Shown here in pieces: positions 51,874-63,279 of a DNA stretch of 64,000 bases. The stretch covers positions 337,714,001 to 337,778,000 of the forward strand of contig OZ024740.1 of NCBI GenBank assembly GCA_964016885.1. The letters are read 5' to 3'. Position 1 is the first letter of the stretch. Every line of letters begins with the position of its first letter. The translations under genes and the position numbers were made by a program. Under the pieces are notes generated by a model. The model was not told the DNA's origin. It ran no database searches and saw only the letters and a program-made list of their open reading frames with translations. This stretch comes from Eledone cirrhosa (Eukaryota).

Positions 51874-54800
51874 ATGTTTTGGAGGAAACACAGTGTTTTA
51901 AGACAAAAACGCATCAACGGTAAGGAAATCCGAAATCTCATCACAGCAAACGAGAGAGATGACTTCATGAGCGTCATCCGACGCGAAACGAAATATGCTC
52001 AAAACGAATGCTGTAGGCATTTCAAGAAGAAATTAGAATGGATGAATAAGAAAAAACTACAAGAAAGGAAAATCGAATATTCTCAAAAATACCCAGATAA
52101 CAACGACAACATCCGTATGAGTGATGTAAAACTACCGGAAGAATTTACCAATGACCACACAGTAAATATCTATGGGAACACTTTAATCAGTGAACAAGAA
52201 CAACAAATCCTAAAGTTACCACCAAAATTTGCCATCTACAAAAAGATTAACCCTATGGAATGCAAAACGGAGCTGGAAAAGTGTTTCACAAAAATACGTT
52301 GGAATGCAAAGGTAAACAACAACAACAATAATAACGGTAGTAGTAATATAAACAATAACTCTGGGTATAGAAATAACAGCCATAACCATAACAATGGCAG
52401 GAAAGTGAGAAATAGTGATAATGGTAATAATACTAGCGATAGACAGAACAACAACAACCACAATAATAATAATAATAGAAACGTTAACCACAGACACAGC
52501 AACAGTGACCACAGTAGTAATAACGGTAACAATACGAACAACAACAACAACAATAACCACAGTGGTAATAATGGAAATAGTACATGTAGCAACATCAACA
52601 AAAACAAGAAACATAATAATAGTAACAACCACAATGGTAGAAATAGCAGTAACAACAACAACAATAACGGTGAAGTAAACAACAATACATCTAGCAATCA
52701 TAACAATAATAATATTAATGCTAATGATAGAAACAACAACAACCACCATGATAACAATAATAGCAACACACACAACTATGACGATAGAAATAACGACAAC
52801 CCCTTAGAGAAACTATTTTTCAACCCAGCTGACAAAACATATAAGATGGGTAATATCTATCCTACGAGGTTACCCTTTAATAAAAGAGTTTGCATACCAC
52901 AGCAAATAGATGACGAGACGGAGGCACAGTTCACCATAGCTAGAAATAAGATTAGACAAGTAGTAGACAGGTACACTATGAGACAGAGCAGACCAGAGGC
53001 CCAACAACTTGGGATAAAACCTGTAGAAGGCTTGGTTAGCCTCAAGCAGCGCACAAGGGATGGTGAGGTAGTGTGTCTACCCACAGATAAGTCTGGTAGG
53101 ATGTCAATAGATAGCATGCCGAACTACATCGAGGCAATGCAACCCCACATCACCAACACGAGCGAAGTTGCACAACTAACACACGATGGGAGAGAAAAAA
53201 TCCTCAACGCTCACATGATGATGTGGACTGACATCCTAAAGCCAAGCAGACGCACTGCCAACAACTTCCAGGCGTCTAACAATGGCATACCACCCTTGTA
53301 TGGGCTCCGCAAAGACCACAAGACAGTCGACGACCCGACAACAGGACCACCAACAAGACCCGTATGCGGAGCTAATATAGCTAGCAACTACAGGATCTCC
53401 TACTTCCTCTCAATGGTTATACGCCCCATAATCAAGATGTCCCCAGATGTATGTGAAAGTACAGAGGACCTCCTCAGCAGAATCAGTGAGTGCAACAAAA
53501 ACAGGAGCCTATCCAACTGCATAATAGGCAGCATGGATGTGGTGTCACTGTACCCATCCATTAACATTGATTTTGCTGTGAAAAGATGTGTGGAGATGAT
53601 CATTGAGAGTGAGGTGGAGTTCTGCGACGTCGACACAGACGAACTGGGCCTCCTACTTAGACTTACCTACGACACTGACTACCTAGACAGCCATGACCTT
53701 AGATGTTTCTGCCCTAGTAGACCTATAAGAGGTAGACCCCCCACCATAACCTCAATGGCTAAAAAGACTCCCATAGGAAGGTGGATTGGGTGGACCAAAG
53801 CTATACGGACCCCCCAAAACACTGATCAGGTAAGAAAAATGGTCGCACATGCAATAGGGGCTAGTATCAAAACTACCCTAAAGGGCCACATATTTAAGTT
53901 CAATGAGAAAATCTACACCCAAAATGAGGGAGCAGCCATCGGCGTCAGCATAGCTGGTGATGTTGCCAACCTTTTCATGGTATGGTGGGAAAGGAGACTT
54001 AAAGATCTCCTTAATGAAAGCTCCATAGACCTCATCATGTACTCTCGTTATGTAGACGATATCAATATAGTTATAAGAACACCCCCACTAGAGAGCACTA
54101 ACAAGTTTGATTTAGAACGTAGCACGATGGAAAGCATCCAGCAGATAGCTAATTCCATACACCAGAGTATAACTGTAACTATAGACTTCCCTTCCAAACA
54201 CCCTAACAATAGACTACCTGTATTAGACACAGAACTCTGGATTAACACTATAGACGAGAGAGCCCAAATTCTCCACTCACACTATGCTAAACCCATGGCC
54301 TCCAAATACCTGATACTCAAAAACTCAGCAATGTCCAGTAGTGCTAAGTTTAATATTCTGATCGCAGATTTGGTACGAGTGATGAAGAATGTGTCCAGCA
54401 TGTGCGACCCAACAGAAATGGAAGGACACATCCAACACTTCATCAACCGCATGCAGTTCTCTGGCTACAACCAAAGAGACAGAGTCAGAGTATACGAAGG
54501 AGCCATGGAAAAGTATAAGACCCTCATAGAACTGGACATGAAAGGAACTTGCCCACTATACAGGAGCAAATCATGGAATAGCTTAGATAGGGCTAGACAT
54601 AAGATAGGGAAGGCCACATCATGGTACGACAACCAGAGATATCAGAGTGTCATGTTTGTGGACGCCACCCCTGGAGGGAAATTAGCTAACCAGTGTAGAA
54701 AGGCCCTGAGAAAGACCCACTTAAAAATAAAGGTGGTAGAAAAGCCAGGAACCACCATAAAATCCCTGATCAGCAAAACCTACCCTTTTAAGAAAACCCA

Positions 54801-55206
54801 CTGTACCAATAGGAAATGTATCATATGTAAGGTGAACCCCCGGATAAACTGTAAAACTAGAAACGTAGTCTATAGCATAAGATGTACAGAGGGTACTTGC
54901 AGAAACACGACAACAACATACATAGGTGAGACAGCTCGTAGCATAGGTGAAAGGATAGACCAACACTGGAGGGAACTAAAAGGACGAAAAAACGGGTCAG
55001 TACTATACGAACATGCTAGACAACAACATGACGGTAACATAGACAACATAGAAATTAGAATAATATCTAAACATAGGAATGACCCAGCAGATAGGCAAAT
55101 CAGAGAGGCCAGTGAAATAGAAATTAGAAGACCAAAGCTAAACAGAAAGAATGAGTGGAACAACAACAACACCCAAACAAACAACACTGACCTAAGAGAA
55201 GTATAA
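51874..55206 (+). CDS. PLE polyprotein, inverted copy; ATG and first residues come from the antisense of the spacer
   Basis: Same motifs as the left copy; in-frame ATG at 51874 (MFWRKHSVL-RQKRING); frame is open from 51799. Confidence 0.88.
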   Translation: MFWRKHSVLRQKRINGKEIRNLITANERDDFMSVIRRETKYAQNECCRHFKKKLEWMNKKKLQERKIEYSQKYPDNNDNIRMSDVKLPEEFTNDHTVNIYGNTLISEQEQQILKLPPKFAIYKKINPMECKTELEKCFTKIRWNAKVNNNNNNNGSSNINNNSGYRNNSHNHNNGRKVRNSDNGNNTSDRQNNNNHNNNNNRNVNHRHSNSDHSSNNGNNTNNNNNNNHSGNNGNSTCSNINKNKKHNNSNNHNGRNSSNNNNNNGEVNNNTSSNHNNNNINANDRNNNNHHDNNNSNTHNYDDRNNDNPLEKLFFNPADKTYKMGNIYPTRLPFNKRVCIPQQIDDETEAQFTIARNKIRQVVDRYTMRQSRPEAQQLGIKPVEGLVSLKQRTRDGEVVCLPTDKSGRMSIDSMPNYIEAMQPHITNTSEVAQLTHDGREKILNAHMMMWTDILKPSRRTANNFQASNNGIPPLYGLRKDHKTVDDPTTGPPTRPVCGANIASNYRISYFLSMVIRPIIKMSPDVCESTEDLLSRISECNKNRSLSNCIIGSMDVVSLYPSINIDFAVKRCVEMIIESEVEFCDVDTDELGLLLRLTYDTDYLDSHDLRCFCPSRPIRGRPPTITSMAKKTPIGRWIGWTKAIRTPQNTDQVRKMVAHAIGASIKTTLKGHIFKFNEKIYTQNEGAAIGVSIAGDVANLFMVWWERRLKDLLNESSIDLIMYSRYVDDINIVIRTPPLESTNKFDLERSTMESIQQIANSIHQSITVTIDFPSKHPNNRLPVLDTELWINTIDERAQILHSHYAKPMASKYLILKNSAMSSSAKFNILIADLVRVMKNVSSMCDPTEMEGHIQHFINRMQFSGYNQRDRVRVYEGAMEKYKTLIELDMKGTCPLYRSKSWNSLDRARHKIGKATSWYDNQRYQSVMFVDATPGGKLANQCRKALRKTHLKIKVVEKPGTTIKSLISKTYPFKKTHCTNRKCIICKVNPRINCKTRNVVYSIRCTEGTCRNTTTTYIGETARSIGERIDQHWRELKGRKNGSVLYEHARQQHDGNIDNIEIRIISKHRNDPADRQIREASEIEIRRPKLNRKNEWNNNNTQTNNTDLREV

Positions 55207-55450
55207 ATAAATAAGTAAATTAAATTAAATAAAATAAGATAAATAAATACATACACAAGCACATAAACACACACTAGTCACCCAGCAGACACAACACTAT
55301 ACACACTAGTCACACATAACACTATACACACACGCAAACGCATGCGCAAAGAAGACAAAATAAAATAAGATAAACAAACAAGCAAATAAATAAATAAACA
55401 TACAAAAAAAAAAATGGCGTAGACATACAACACAACAGGAGGAACAATGA

Positions 55451-55507
55451 ATATAACACCACTGACGATGTTGCAGATGTGCAACGAAAGATTTATGTAA
55501 ATTATGT
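55451..55507 (+). ncRNA. Type I hammerhead ribozyme motif in the PLE 3' UTR
   Basis: atataa-cac-ca CTGACGA t gttgca-gatg-tgcaac GAAA gatt TA tg-taaa-ttatgt. Confidence 0.65.
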
Positions 55508-56555
55508 AAACTATATATATATGTGTTTGTCTATATTGTATCTGTATTATTTTTGACCGCCGGTCAGTCAATGGCAACATTGAGGACCGAGTAAGTTAGA
55601 TCGCAGATATATATATATAAAAGACAGCGAGAAGCGAAAACCAACCAAACAGTGAGTGTGTTCTGTTATTAATTCTGGCAATATTACGCAAATATGACCC
55701 TCCCCAAATATAACAATATATATATTCATATATAAATATACACACACACACACACATATACATAAGTATGTAAAAAACATAGAAATAAAAACACACATAC
55801 ACACACATATACACATACACATACGAATGCATTCGTATACATATACAAACACGTATACACACACATGCACGCTCGCACGCATAGATACAATATAAAAACC
55901 AGCCGTATGAATAAATGAGTACAAATTATACGCAAGTAAACATACATAAAAGTGGCTGAGAGACAACAGACTATATCTCAAAACGCAAGTGACATGTGGT
56001 ATCAGGTAGTGAAAGAAAAGGGGGGAAGTAAAATATGTAAAATTGTGAAGATATAAAGTAAGTGAATCAAAATGAGGGGGGGGGGGGGGGGCACTGATGG
56101 ATGTGAAGTAAAAATAAAGTTAAAAATAAAAGTAAATCAGAAAGAGGTCTGTAAAGAGGGTAATTTAAGGAAAGTGAAGAACAAGAGTTTATGGAGGATA
56201 AGTATCTGAAAGTGAGTTAAGTTTATATGAGCTGGAAAGCAAGTGTGATTTCATGTGTGGGCAACTGGTGAAAATTTCTATTTTGGCATTTAGGCAGGTT
56301 TTTGGTGATTTAAGGTATGCTTGCCCTCATGTATGTACTTACACACACATTTTTTCACTATACACATGCATTTGTACATATACACACATATGTACATTTG
56401 TAAGTGCATATACACACATTTATATACATACCCTAACTATATTTCCTTATTTTATTTTTATATATCTCTTGCATTACTTTTATTAATATCTTTTTTTTGC
56501 CTGTTAAACTTTTGCCTTTCTTGAGGAGATTTTTCAAATATTTCACTATGTTTAA

Positions 56556-56631
56556 ATTGCCTTGTCTGACGAACGAATGAGGACGTTTATTGTATTCGTC
56601 TTATTCGGGAAACCTCTGGTAATGAGGTAAT
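56556..56631 (+). ncRNA. Type I hammerhead ribozyme motif
   Basis: attgccttgt CTGACGA ac gaatgaggacg..cgtcttattc gg GAAA cc-tct-gg TA atgaggtaat; 10-bp stem I including G-U pairs. Confidence 0.78.
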
Positions 56632-56768
56632 TATATTGTATTGTTTATTATACATTATATATATATATATATATATATATATAGGAACCTATTACCCACT
56701 CTACTACCTCAAGTATTGAGTACTTTGGTGCGTTATGGTCCACCTGGTTCCTTACCACATTTCCTTCG

Positions 56769-56803
<35 letters not shown>

Positions 56804-57189
56804 CACACACACCTAGCCACTGTCACCATTACCTCATATGCTGTAACACACATGCACATGCATTTGCCTCCTATGGCTCTGTCATGGTCAGAGCCACACT
56901 CTTACAGGTTATACAGACCAACAAGGAGAACACATACACCCTTATATACACTCACATTTACTCACAGCTTTGTACTTACAAACACACACACATATATATA
57001 TACACAAACAAGCAGCTCTATATACAAAACGTTTTTCTCTCCTTTCAGATAGACACATTCGATCACCACGTTTTAAAACAAGTTTATCATACACAAAATG
57101 CCGGCATCAACAGATTTCCTAGAGATGGGGACAGGAATAGACCTGTTTTTTTTCCTCTAAAAAAAATATTGTCCTTTCTGCCACCGGCC

Positions 57190-57355
57190 ATCTCTATTTT
57201 TCTATTTCTTCTTAATTTTCTCATTCTATTTTCAGATGAAGGACTAGCGTCCAAAATGTTAAGACTCTTTTCCTACAATATCAAGTGTAAAACTAATAAT
57301 ATATTTCTTCCTTGTACTATGTCATTTGCTTTGTTATTTCTGTTTGCCTTTTGCT

Positions 57356-57358
<3 letters not shown>
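57190..57358 (+). mobile_element. Solo pLTR-like repeat with a decayed HHR (same family as 62650-62820)
   Basis: cagatgaaggactagcgtccaaaatgttaagac versus ctgatgaaggactatcatctgaaatgttaagac. Confidence 0.55.
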
Positions 57359-57392
<34 letters not shown>

Positions 57393-57539
57393 TTATGTAT
57401 ATATATATATTATTAGTACAGATTACAAGTTTAAGCAATAAATTACTGCTTTCACCCTAAGTGGGATAATCTGAAATTGAGAAAAATCAATCTGTAGGAC
57501 ACACAAGTAAATATTTCAAAATATTTAATTCTGCATCCA

Positions 57540-57640
57540 ACAGAATTTCCCATGGGCATCGAGTCTTAAACTCTTGTTATAGCCTGCAGGATGATGCTAA
57601 ATAGGAAAGGGCTAAGAACGGAGCCCTGATGGAATCCTAC

Positions 57641-57642
<2 letters not shown>
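57540..57642 (-). mobile_element. RTE RT fragment
   Basis: Homologous to 22310-22415 (GFHQGSVLSP). Confidence 0.7.
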
Positions 57643-57698
<56 letters not shown>

Positions 57699-57704
57699 GC
57701 ATGC

Positions 57705-57950
57705 ATGTTGAGCCGGTGCTTATCCCGGTTTCATGGCATGAAGCGACTGAGAGTAGAAGACTCCTCCCGGACAGGATGCTAGTACATCGCAGGGTCAAAC
57801 CCCCAGCCATTGCTAGTACTCATTTTCAGCTGAGTATACTGGAGTAACATGAAATGAAATGTTTTGGCTCAAGAACACAACATACAACCCAGTACAAGTA
57901 TCGAACCCACAACATTACGATCATAAATCCAACAACCTTACCACTAGGTT
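57705..57950 (-). mobile_element. SINE related to family B, diverged
   Basis: cagctgagtatactggagtaacatgaaatgaaatgttttggctcaagaacacaac..tcgaaccc. Confidence 0.6.
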
Positions 57951-58281
57951 ATAGAAATATGTATATATACATTCAATGATTCAATGATTCTACTTTTTAC
58001 AGATAATTGTTTCGTTGAGGAAATGCTGCTGCAAATACTTTAGTGAGAGATTATACAATACTGAGTAATTAAATGGAAAACACACACACACATATATATA
58101 TGTGGATACGATGTACTAGATAAATGACTAGTAAGATGATTATTCAGTTTAGTACTCGACAGAGGGGAGATATTATTCATTATATGTATGCTAAATGGTC
58201 TAGCGTAAACAATATTGAACCTTTGAAATGGTTTAAGCTTCACCACCAGGCATAAATGTAGTGAATAATATATATATATAT

Positions 58282-58616
58282 GGAGGCACATGGCTAAGTG
58301 GTTAGAGCATTAAGCTTGCAATCGAAAGGTTGTGAGTTCAATTCTCAGACCGGGTGATGTGTTGTTTCCTTGAGCAAGACACTTTATTTCACATTGCTCC
58401 AGTTTAGTCAGCTGTAGAAATGAGATGATAGGGCCTGAGGTCCCTATCATTCCACTGCAAATGGTCGTGGAGGTGCCATGGCAAAAAAGCACCCAGCATT
58501 CACTGTAAATGAGGTTGGTGTTAGGAAGTGCATCCAGCTGTAGAAATCAAGCCAGAATCAGTTCCTGTCCCACCCTTGAAAGTAGGGAAAAGCAGACATA
58601 AAATGATGATGATGAT
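58282..58616 (+). mobile_element. SINE family B, full length
   Basis: A-box tggctaagtgg, B-box gagttcaattc, CORE-like gtttccttgagcaagacacttta, 3' part matching RTE 44860-45010, (GAT)n tail. Confidence 0.9.
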
Positions 58617-58639
58617 ATATATACACACATATACTATTC

Positions 58640-59090
58640 ATTTCTTTCTATATTGTCTTCCCCTTTTGCTACTTCTTTCCACATTCATTTCCACCACTCT
58701 CTTCGCCCAGTCACTTTCATCTTTCCTCAACACATGATCTAGTTGTGTCATTCCATTTGTTTTCACAACAATTATCACTGGCTTTATTCCCATCATCCTC
58801 TACAATTCATTGTTTATTTTCTTCTCTCTCAAAGACACTTCACTCATCCACTGGACCATTCTCATTTCTGTTCTTTCAAGACTTCTCTGTGTCTCTACAT
58901 TCATCACATATGTCTTGCTCCTATAAATCATGGCAATCGTCACATATGCAACCCACACTATTTCCATCAGTTTCTGTGACACTCCTCTCCACATAAGTAG
59001 ACCACTTAGTCCCTGGAACTTCTTCCCTACACATCTCACTCTAGATACTGTCACAGAGTCTGATCCCCTTTCTCCATTCAATATATCCCC
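58640..59090 (-). mobile_element. Decayed RTE C-terminal fragment
   Basis: SRVRCVGKKF..RSLERTEMRMVQWM. Confidence 0.6.
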
Positions 59091-59199
59091 AGGGTAATAA
59101 AATGATAATAACAATAATAATCTAAAACTACAGAGTGTCTATAAGGTTTTGTTGAAAATTGTATAGCTTAGAATTGGTTTGAAGAATTTCAAAGAAGAA

Positions 59200-59590
59200 A
59201 TAAATCTTCTTTTGATGAAAACAAATTAAGGGGAGACAGTTGAAACATTCCTTTATAATGGTACATGAACTGGTGGAATACATGGAGCACAAACATATCA
59301 ATCATTGCCAACAGCTTCTATGTGATTGGGAAGGAGAAAAAGAAAAAGATGGACAAATGGATTTCACATGATGTAATTGAAGGGTAGCAAAATTGGTGTT
59401 AACAAATACACTAAACTACTTGTATGGAATCCAAATGATATAATTTCTTGAACAAATAGTCATGTGATAAAAAATAAAATGGATAAGCTTGATAGTGATA
59501 CTGTCTCAAAGTATTTACCAAAACCTAAGTTTCACTAAAGAAAGCTGATGGCAAATGTATCATGTATTGAAGCTTCATCTGCTACAATGT
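59200..59590 (+). mobile_element. mariner/Tc1 transposase remnant
   Basis: Degenerate KWISHD (WVPH), gtcatgtgataaaaa (TCDEK-like) and PKPKFH*RKLM in the expected order. Confidence 0.5.
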
Positions 59591-60759
59591 TCTGATTGAA
59601 ATGAAATGGACCTCCACCAGTTTCAATGATGAGTGTTCCAGTTTTTTTCAATCAACAGAAGTGGCTGAGCATTATGTACTGTTAATTTAATTTCCAGGGA
59701 GATTTCACATGACATGATGCATGACAAAACTTACTCTTTGAATTACAAGTACATTCCATCCAATGGGCTTCCAAAAAGTTTATATCTACCCTAGCTAGAA
59801 ATGGCAGAGTGAGGACACAGAATATTGATGAGTTAGAGGTTGAAATGTGTTAGTGAGTGACTCTATGCCAATCAGTCAGGTGGTATTTTTTTGGATGTGG
59901 TTTAGAATGTTTATCAGTAGCATCACTCTAGACATGGGAGTTGTATTCCATTGTGAATCTCACTTGAGCTTTCTAGTAACTGTTGGGAGCTCAATAGGCT
60001 CTAATGGAGAAAGTCACTATCTTTTCCCTCACACCAATTCTACTTTCTCCTTCCAATTGACTCTGATTGCTCTCTCATTTGCCCTTCTCAAACTCTTCTC
60101 TTTCTCATTTTTCCATTCAAAACCTTCTATCTCTCACCCCCTCCCATCAAAACCTTCTCTCTTATCCCCTCCCATCAAAACCTCTCTCTTTTCCCCTCCC
60201 ACCAAAACTTTCTCTCTCTCCTTTTTCCCTTCCTCCATTTCTTGTCATATATTTACAAGTATAATAATTATATCAATCATTATGTGGTTTCAATTCTGTA
60301 CACTCTATAATTGCGGTTGAAAGGACTCTTTAGTCTGGCTGAACATATAACAACTTCTCTAGTGATGGCTTTACAATAAAATGCACCCAGTACAGCCTGT
60401 AAGATGCTTAGTGTTAAGAAGGGCATCAAGCCATAGAAATGATACCAAATATAGAATTTATGAGCAAGATGAGAGCTCTTCAACTAGTCTAGATTTGGAC
60501 TATAACAACCTGCCCAATCTATGCTGACATGAAATGAGGATGTAAGATGGTTATGATGATGATGAGAAAAAATGACAGTTTGGAAGATGCTGTGTTTCAA
60601 CGTAAGAAATAGTTCAGGAGTTTTTTTGAGTGTTGTATTTTTTTCTTATCCCAAGCACAACTATAAAGCTACTAAAATGCAAGGTGTTACTGAGAAGGGA
60701 GAAGGACAAGACAGAGAGGACACAATTCAAGGAGAGAGAAGATGATGATTGATGCTGCT

Positions 60760-61300
60760 TTTGAATTTTTGCAAATAGTATTGGACAGGAAAGCAAGAAG
60801 CTGGAAGAGAATTTTATAGGTTGAAGAAAGAAACTATAAGAATAGAATTTGTGATTACATTTAGGTATCTCAACTGTAAATTGATGAAACCCAGTTATCA
60901 ATCTGGTGCTCTATCTAAACTCATAGAGGCAAGGTAACAATGAGGAAAACTTATTAGAACAATTCCCATGAAAATATTCATAAAAAAAAGTAAAGATAGG
61001 CAACATTTTTATGGTGTGATAATGATTGAAGCTAACATAAGTCAGGAGCTATAATGTTGACGATTCTTCTTTGGATCTCATATAGATTCTCAAGTTGCAT
61101 AGCAGAAGCACCAGACCAGATGTGGAAACAGTATTCAATATAAGGATAAATGTTGGTCAGGAATATGTGTAGGAAAGAGTACTAATTTTTTACAGAATTG
61201 AGGATAGCAAAAGGGAATGGCTTCTTCACACTCACCATAGATGTAAGAGGAATGCAAGAACTGTGGATATTGAAGCCACAAAGGACAATTACTTTAAAGA
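60760..61300 (-). mobile_element. CR1/L2/Jockey-group RT thumb remnant
   Basis: IYPYIEYCFHIWSGASAMQLENLYEIQRRIVNII. Confidence 0.6.
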
Positions 61301-62340
61301 AGAGTGAATTCAGAAATTCAACAAAATACGTTAAAAAAATTGTGTAGAAAATGAGGTGTTGTTAGTGAATAGTGAACTATTCTTCTTCATGGTATACTAA
61401 TCTGCATGTGTCAAAAATGATGTTTTAGAAATTAAATGAACTGGAAATGAAGACTGAGCTTGATTCACTTTATTATCTGGAACTTTCTTCAAAAGATTTT
61501 TATCTTTTCAAGAAATCTGACAATATTTTATTCAATACCATTTTCAAAACCAGACAACTACAGAAAATCTTTCATTGAATTCATTGTCTCTAAACACTGA
61601 ATTTCATAAGACAAGAATCTTAAACCTCAATACATATTGACAAAAGAATAAGCCATAAAATGGAGTTTACCTTGTTTAAAACATGCTTGAATCAATTATA
61701 TCTGATTATACACTTCCATATGTCATCCCTCAAAATCGACATTAAATTAAAACAACATAATACAAAAGTAAAGCAGTAAACCTATACATGGTATCTATAA
61801 CACCAGTGACTATACCAGATTAATGATGTAAACTAGTGAGGGAAAATCAAAATAGCTTTTTGACCTACCAGAAATAGCAATCAAATCTTCCTTGAAACAC
61901 ATTCTACTATCTAAAATATAGGATATATTAAATAATGTGTTTCTATACCCCCTAAAAAGACAGGATGGTCACAGCTGGAATGCTTTTAATAATAGGTCTA
62001 TAGGAACAGGTTTAATCTGCAGCTAAACAACAAGAGTCACAAGAATTTTTATTTATGCTAATGATTTTTCATTTCATTTTTTATGCAATTTTTATTGATA
62101 AAACATAATTTTGGCCAATTACATTATGTTAGTCCTCCACCTCACTTAACTGTATTTATTTTATTATAATGTATGTGGCTGAGTATTACACATACATATG
62201 TGCCTTTAACATATAAGGCAAACTGGAGAGATGCTGTGCTGAAAAGGACACATCCAACCTATTCAAGCATAGAAAAGCAGACTTAGATGATGATACTGAT
62301 ACACACACACACACACACATATATATATATTTATTGATAT

Positions 62341-62633
62341 GGCAATGGGTAAAGACCCTCTTCGGTCATGAATGACCATGAGATTTTCATCTAGGAGGTT
62401 CCCCCTCCGAGGCACAAATTCAGGCAAGATTGTTTATGGAAGACCAGCAGTCTCCCATGCATACCAGTCTCCCCTCTCTATGACAGCTTGGCACTAGTGA
62501 CATTGCAGCTCATTTCTACAGCTGAGTAAACTGGAGCAATGTGAAGGACACAATGCATCTCCTGCTCTTTGAATCAAACTCACAACCTCACAATTACAAG
62601 CCCAACTTTCTAACAACTAAGCCATGTTCCTTC
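62341..62633 (-). mobile_element. SINE with a family-B head and a different 3' tail
   Basis: catttctacagctgagtaaactggagcaatgtgaa..ctaagccatgt. Confidence 0.6.
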
Positions 62634-62690
62634 ACTTATATATATATATATTCCTCAATCTTTCTATTTCTTCTTTAATTTTTCATTCTC

Positions 62691-62726
62691 TCTTCTGATG
62701 AAGGACTATCATCTGAAATGTTAAGA
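62691..62726 (+). ncRNA. Minimal hammerhead motif in a solo pLTR-like repeat
   Basis: tctt CTGATGA agga-ctatca-tct GAAA tg TT aaga. Confidence 0.55.
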
Positions 62727-63279
62727 CATTCTTCCTGCTATTTCAAGCATTAAACTAATATATTCCTTCCGTTTACTGTGCTATTTGTTTTGTTAGTTTG
62801 TTATTTATGTTTACCATCTACACACACACACACACATATATATATATACTTATATATAAGATGAGCTTATACACAGATTTTGTTTACCAAATTTCAGTAA
62901 CAAAACTATGATTGACCTTAGGCTCTAGTAGAAGCCTGTGAGGTGTCACATAGTGATGTTTAACTGGGAAGCACATGCTTACAAAGTGAATTTAATCACA
63001 TAGCATAGTTGAAGTTAATTAAGTAAAGAGGATCAACTGCTGAAACGTTGAACCTAAAATATCCCTGTCATTATCATTAACCTACCAGCCCTTTAAGGAA
63101 AGCTGTACTACCTTATCTCTATACCCCTTGCCTTATTCACGTCACCTCTACCTACTACTCTACACTAATTTTGACATGAGACAAGACATAGCTTGCAGCA
63201 GACTAATGCATTCAGCTCTGATTGCAACAAAACTGCATGTTAGTCAGAAACAACAATGAAGTAACGGAAATGCATCATT

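Larger units (their letters stand above)
47864..55719. mobile_element. Young PLE as a 7.8-kb head-to-head palindrome: arms 47924-51748 and 51901-55719, 152-bp spacer, tail 47864-47923 on the left copy only
   Basis: Arms are reverse complements with only a few differences (3 aa changes, at least 1 silent change, a 7-bp indel, a poly-A length change); flanked by (TA)n. Confidence 0.95.
46855..56657 (-). mobile_element. Older 5'-truncated PLE with inverted pLTR (arms 46930-47272 and 56316-56657), split by the palindromic PLE
   Basis: Minus strand 56314-56189 reads LKSPKTCLNAKIEIFTSCPH..* (PLE endonuclease C-terminus LNxRxE..CxH); arms are reverse complements; HHR in each arm. Confidence 0.8.

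Noticed and set aside
50876-52773. Poly-Leu/Val membrane-like ORFs
   Set aside because: Antisense frames of the Asn-rich tract
56641-57441. 266-aa ORF
   Set aside because: Runs across microsatellites and unrelated repeat fragments, with no domain signal
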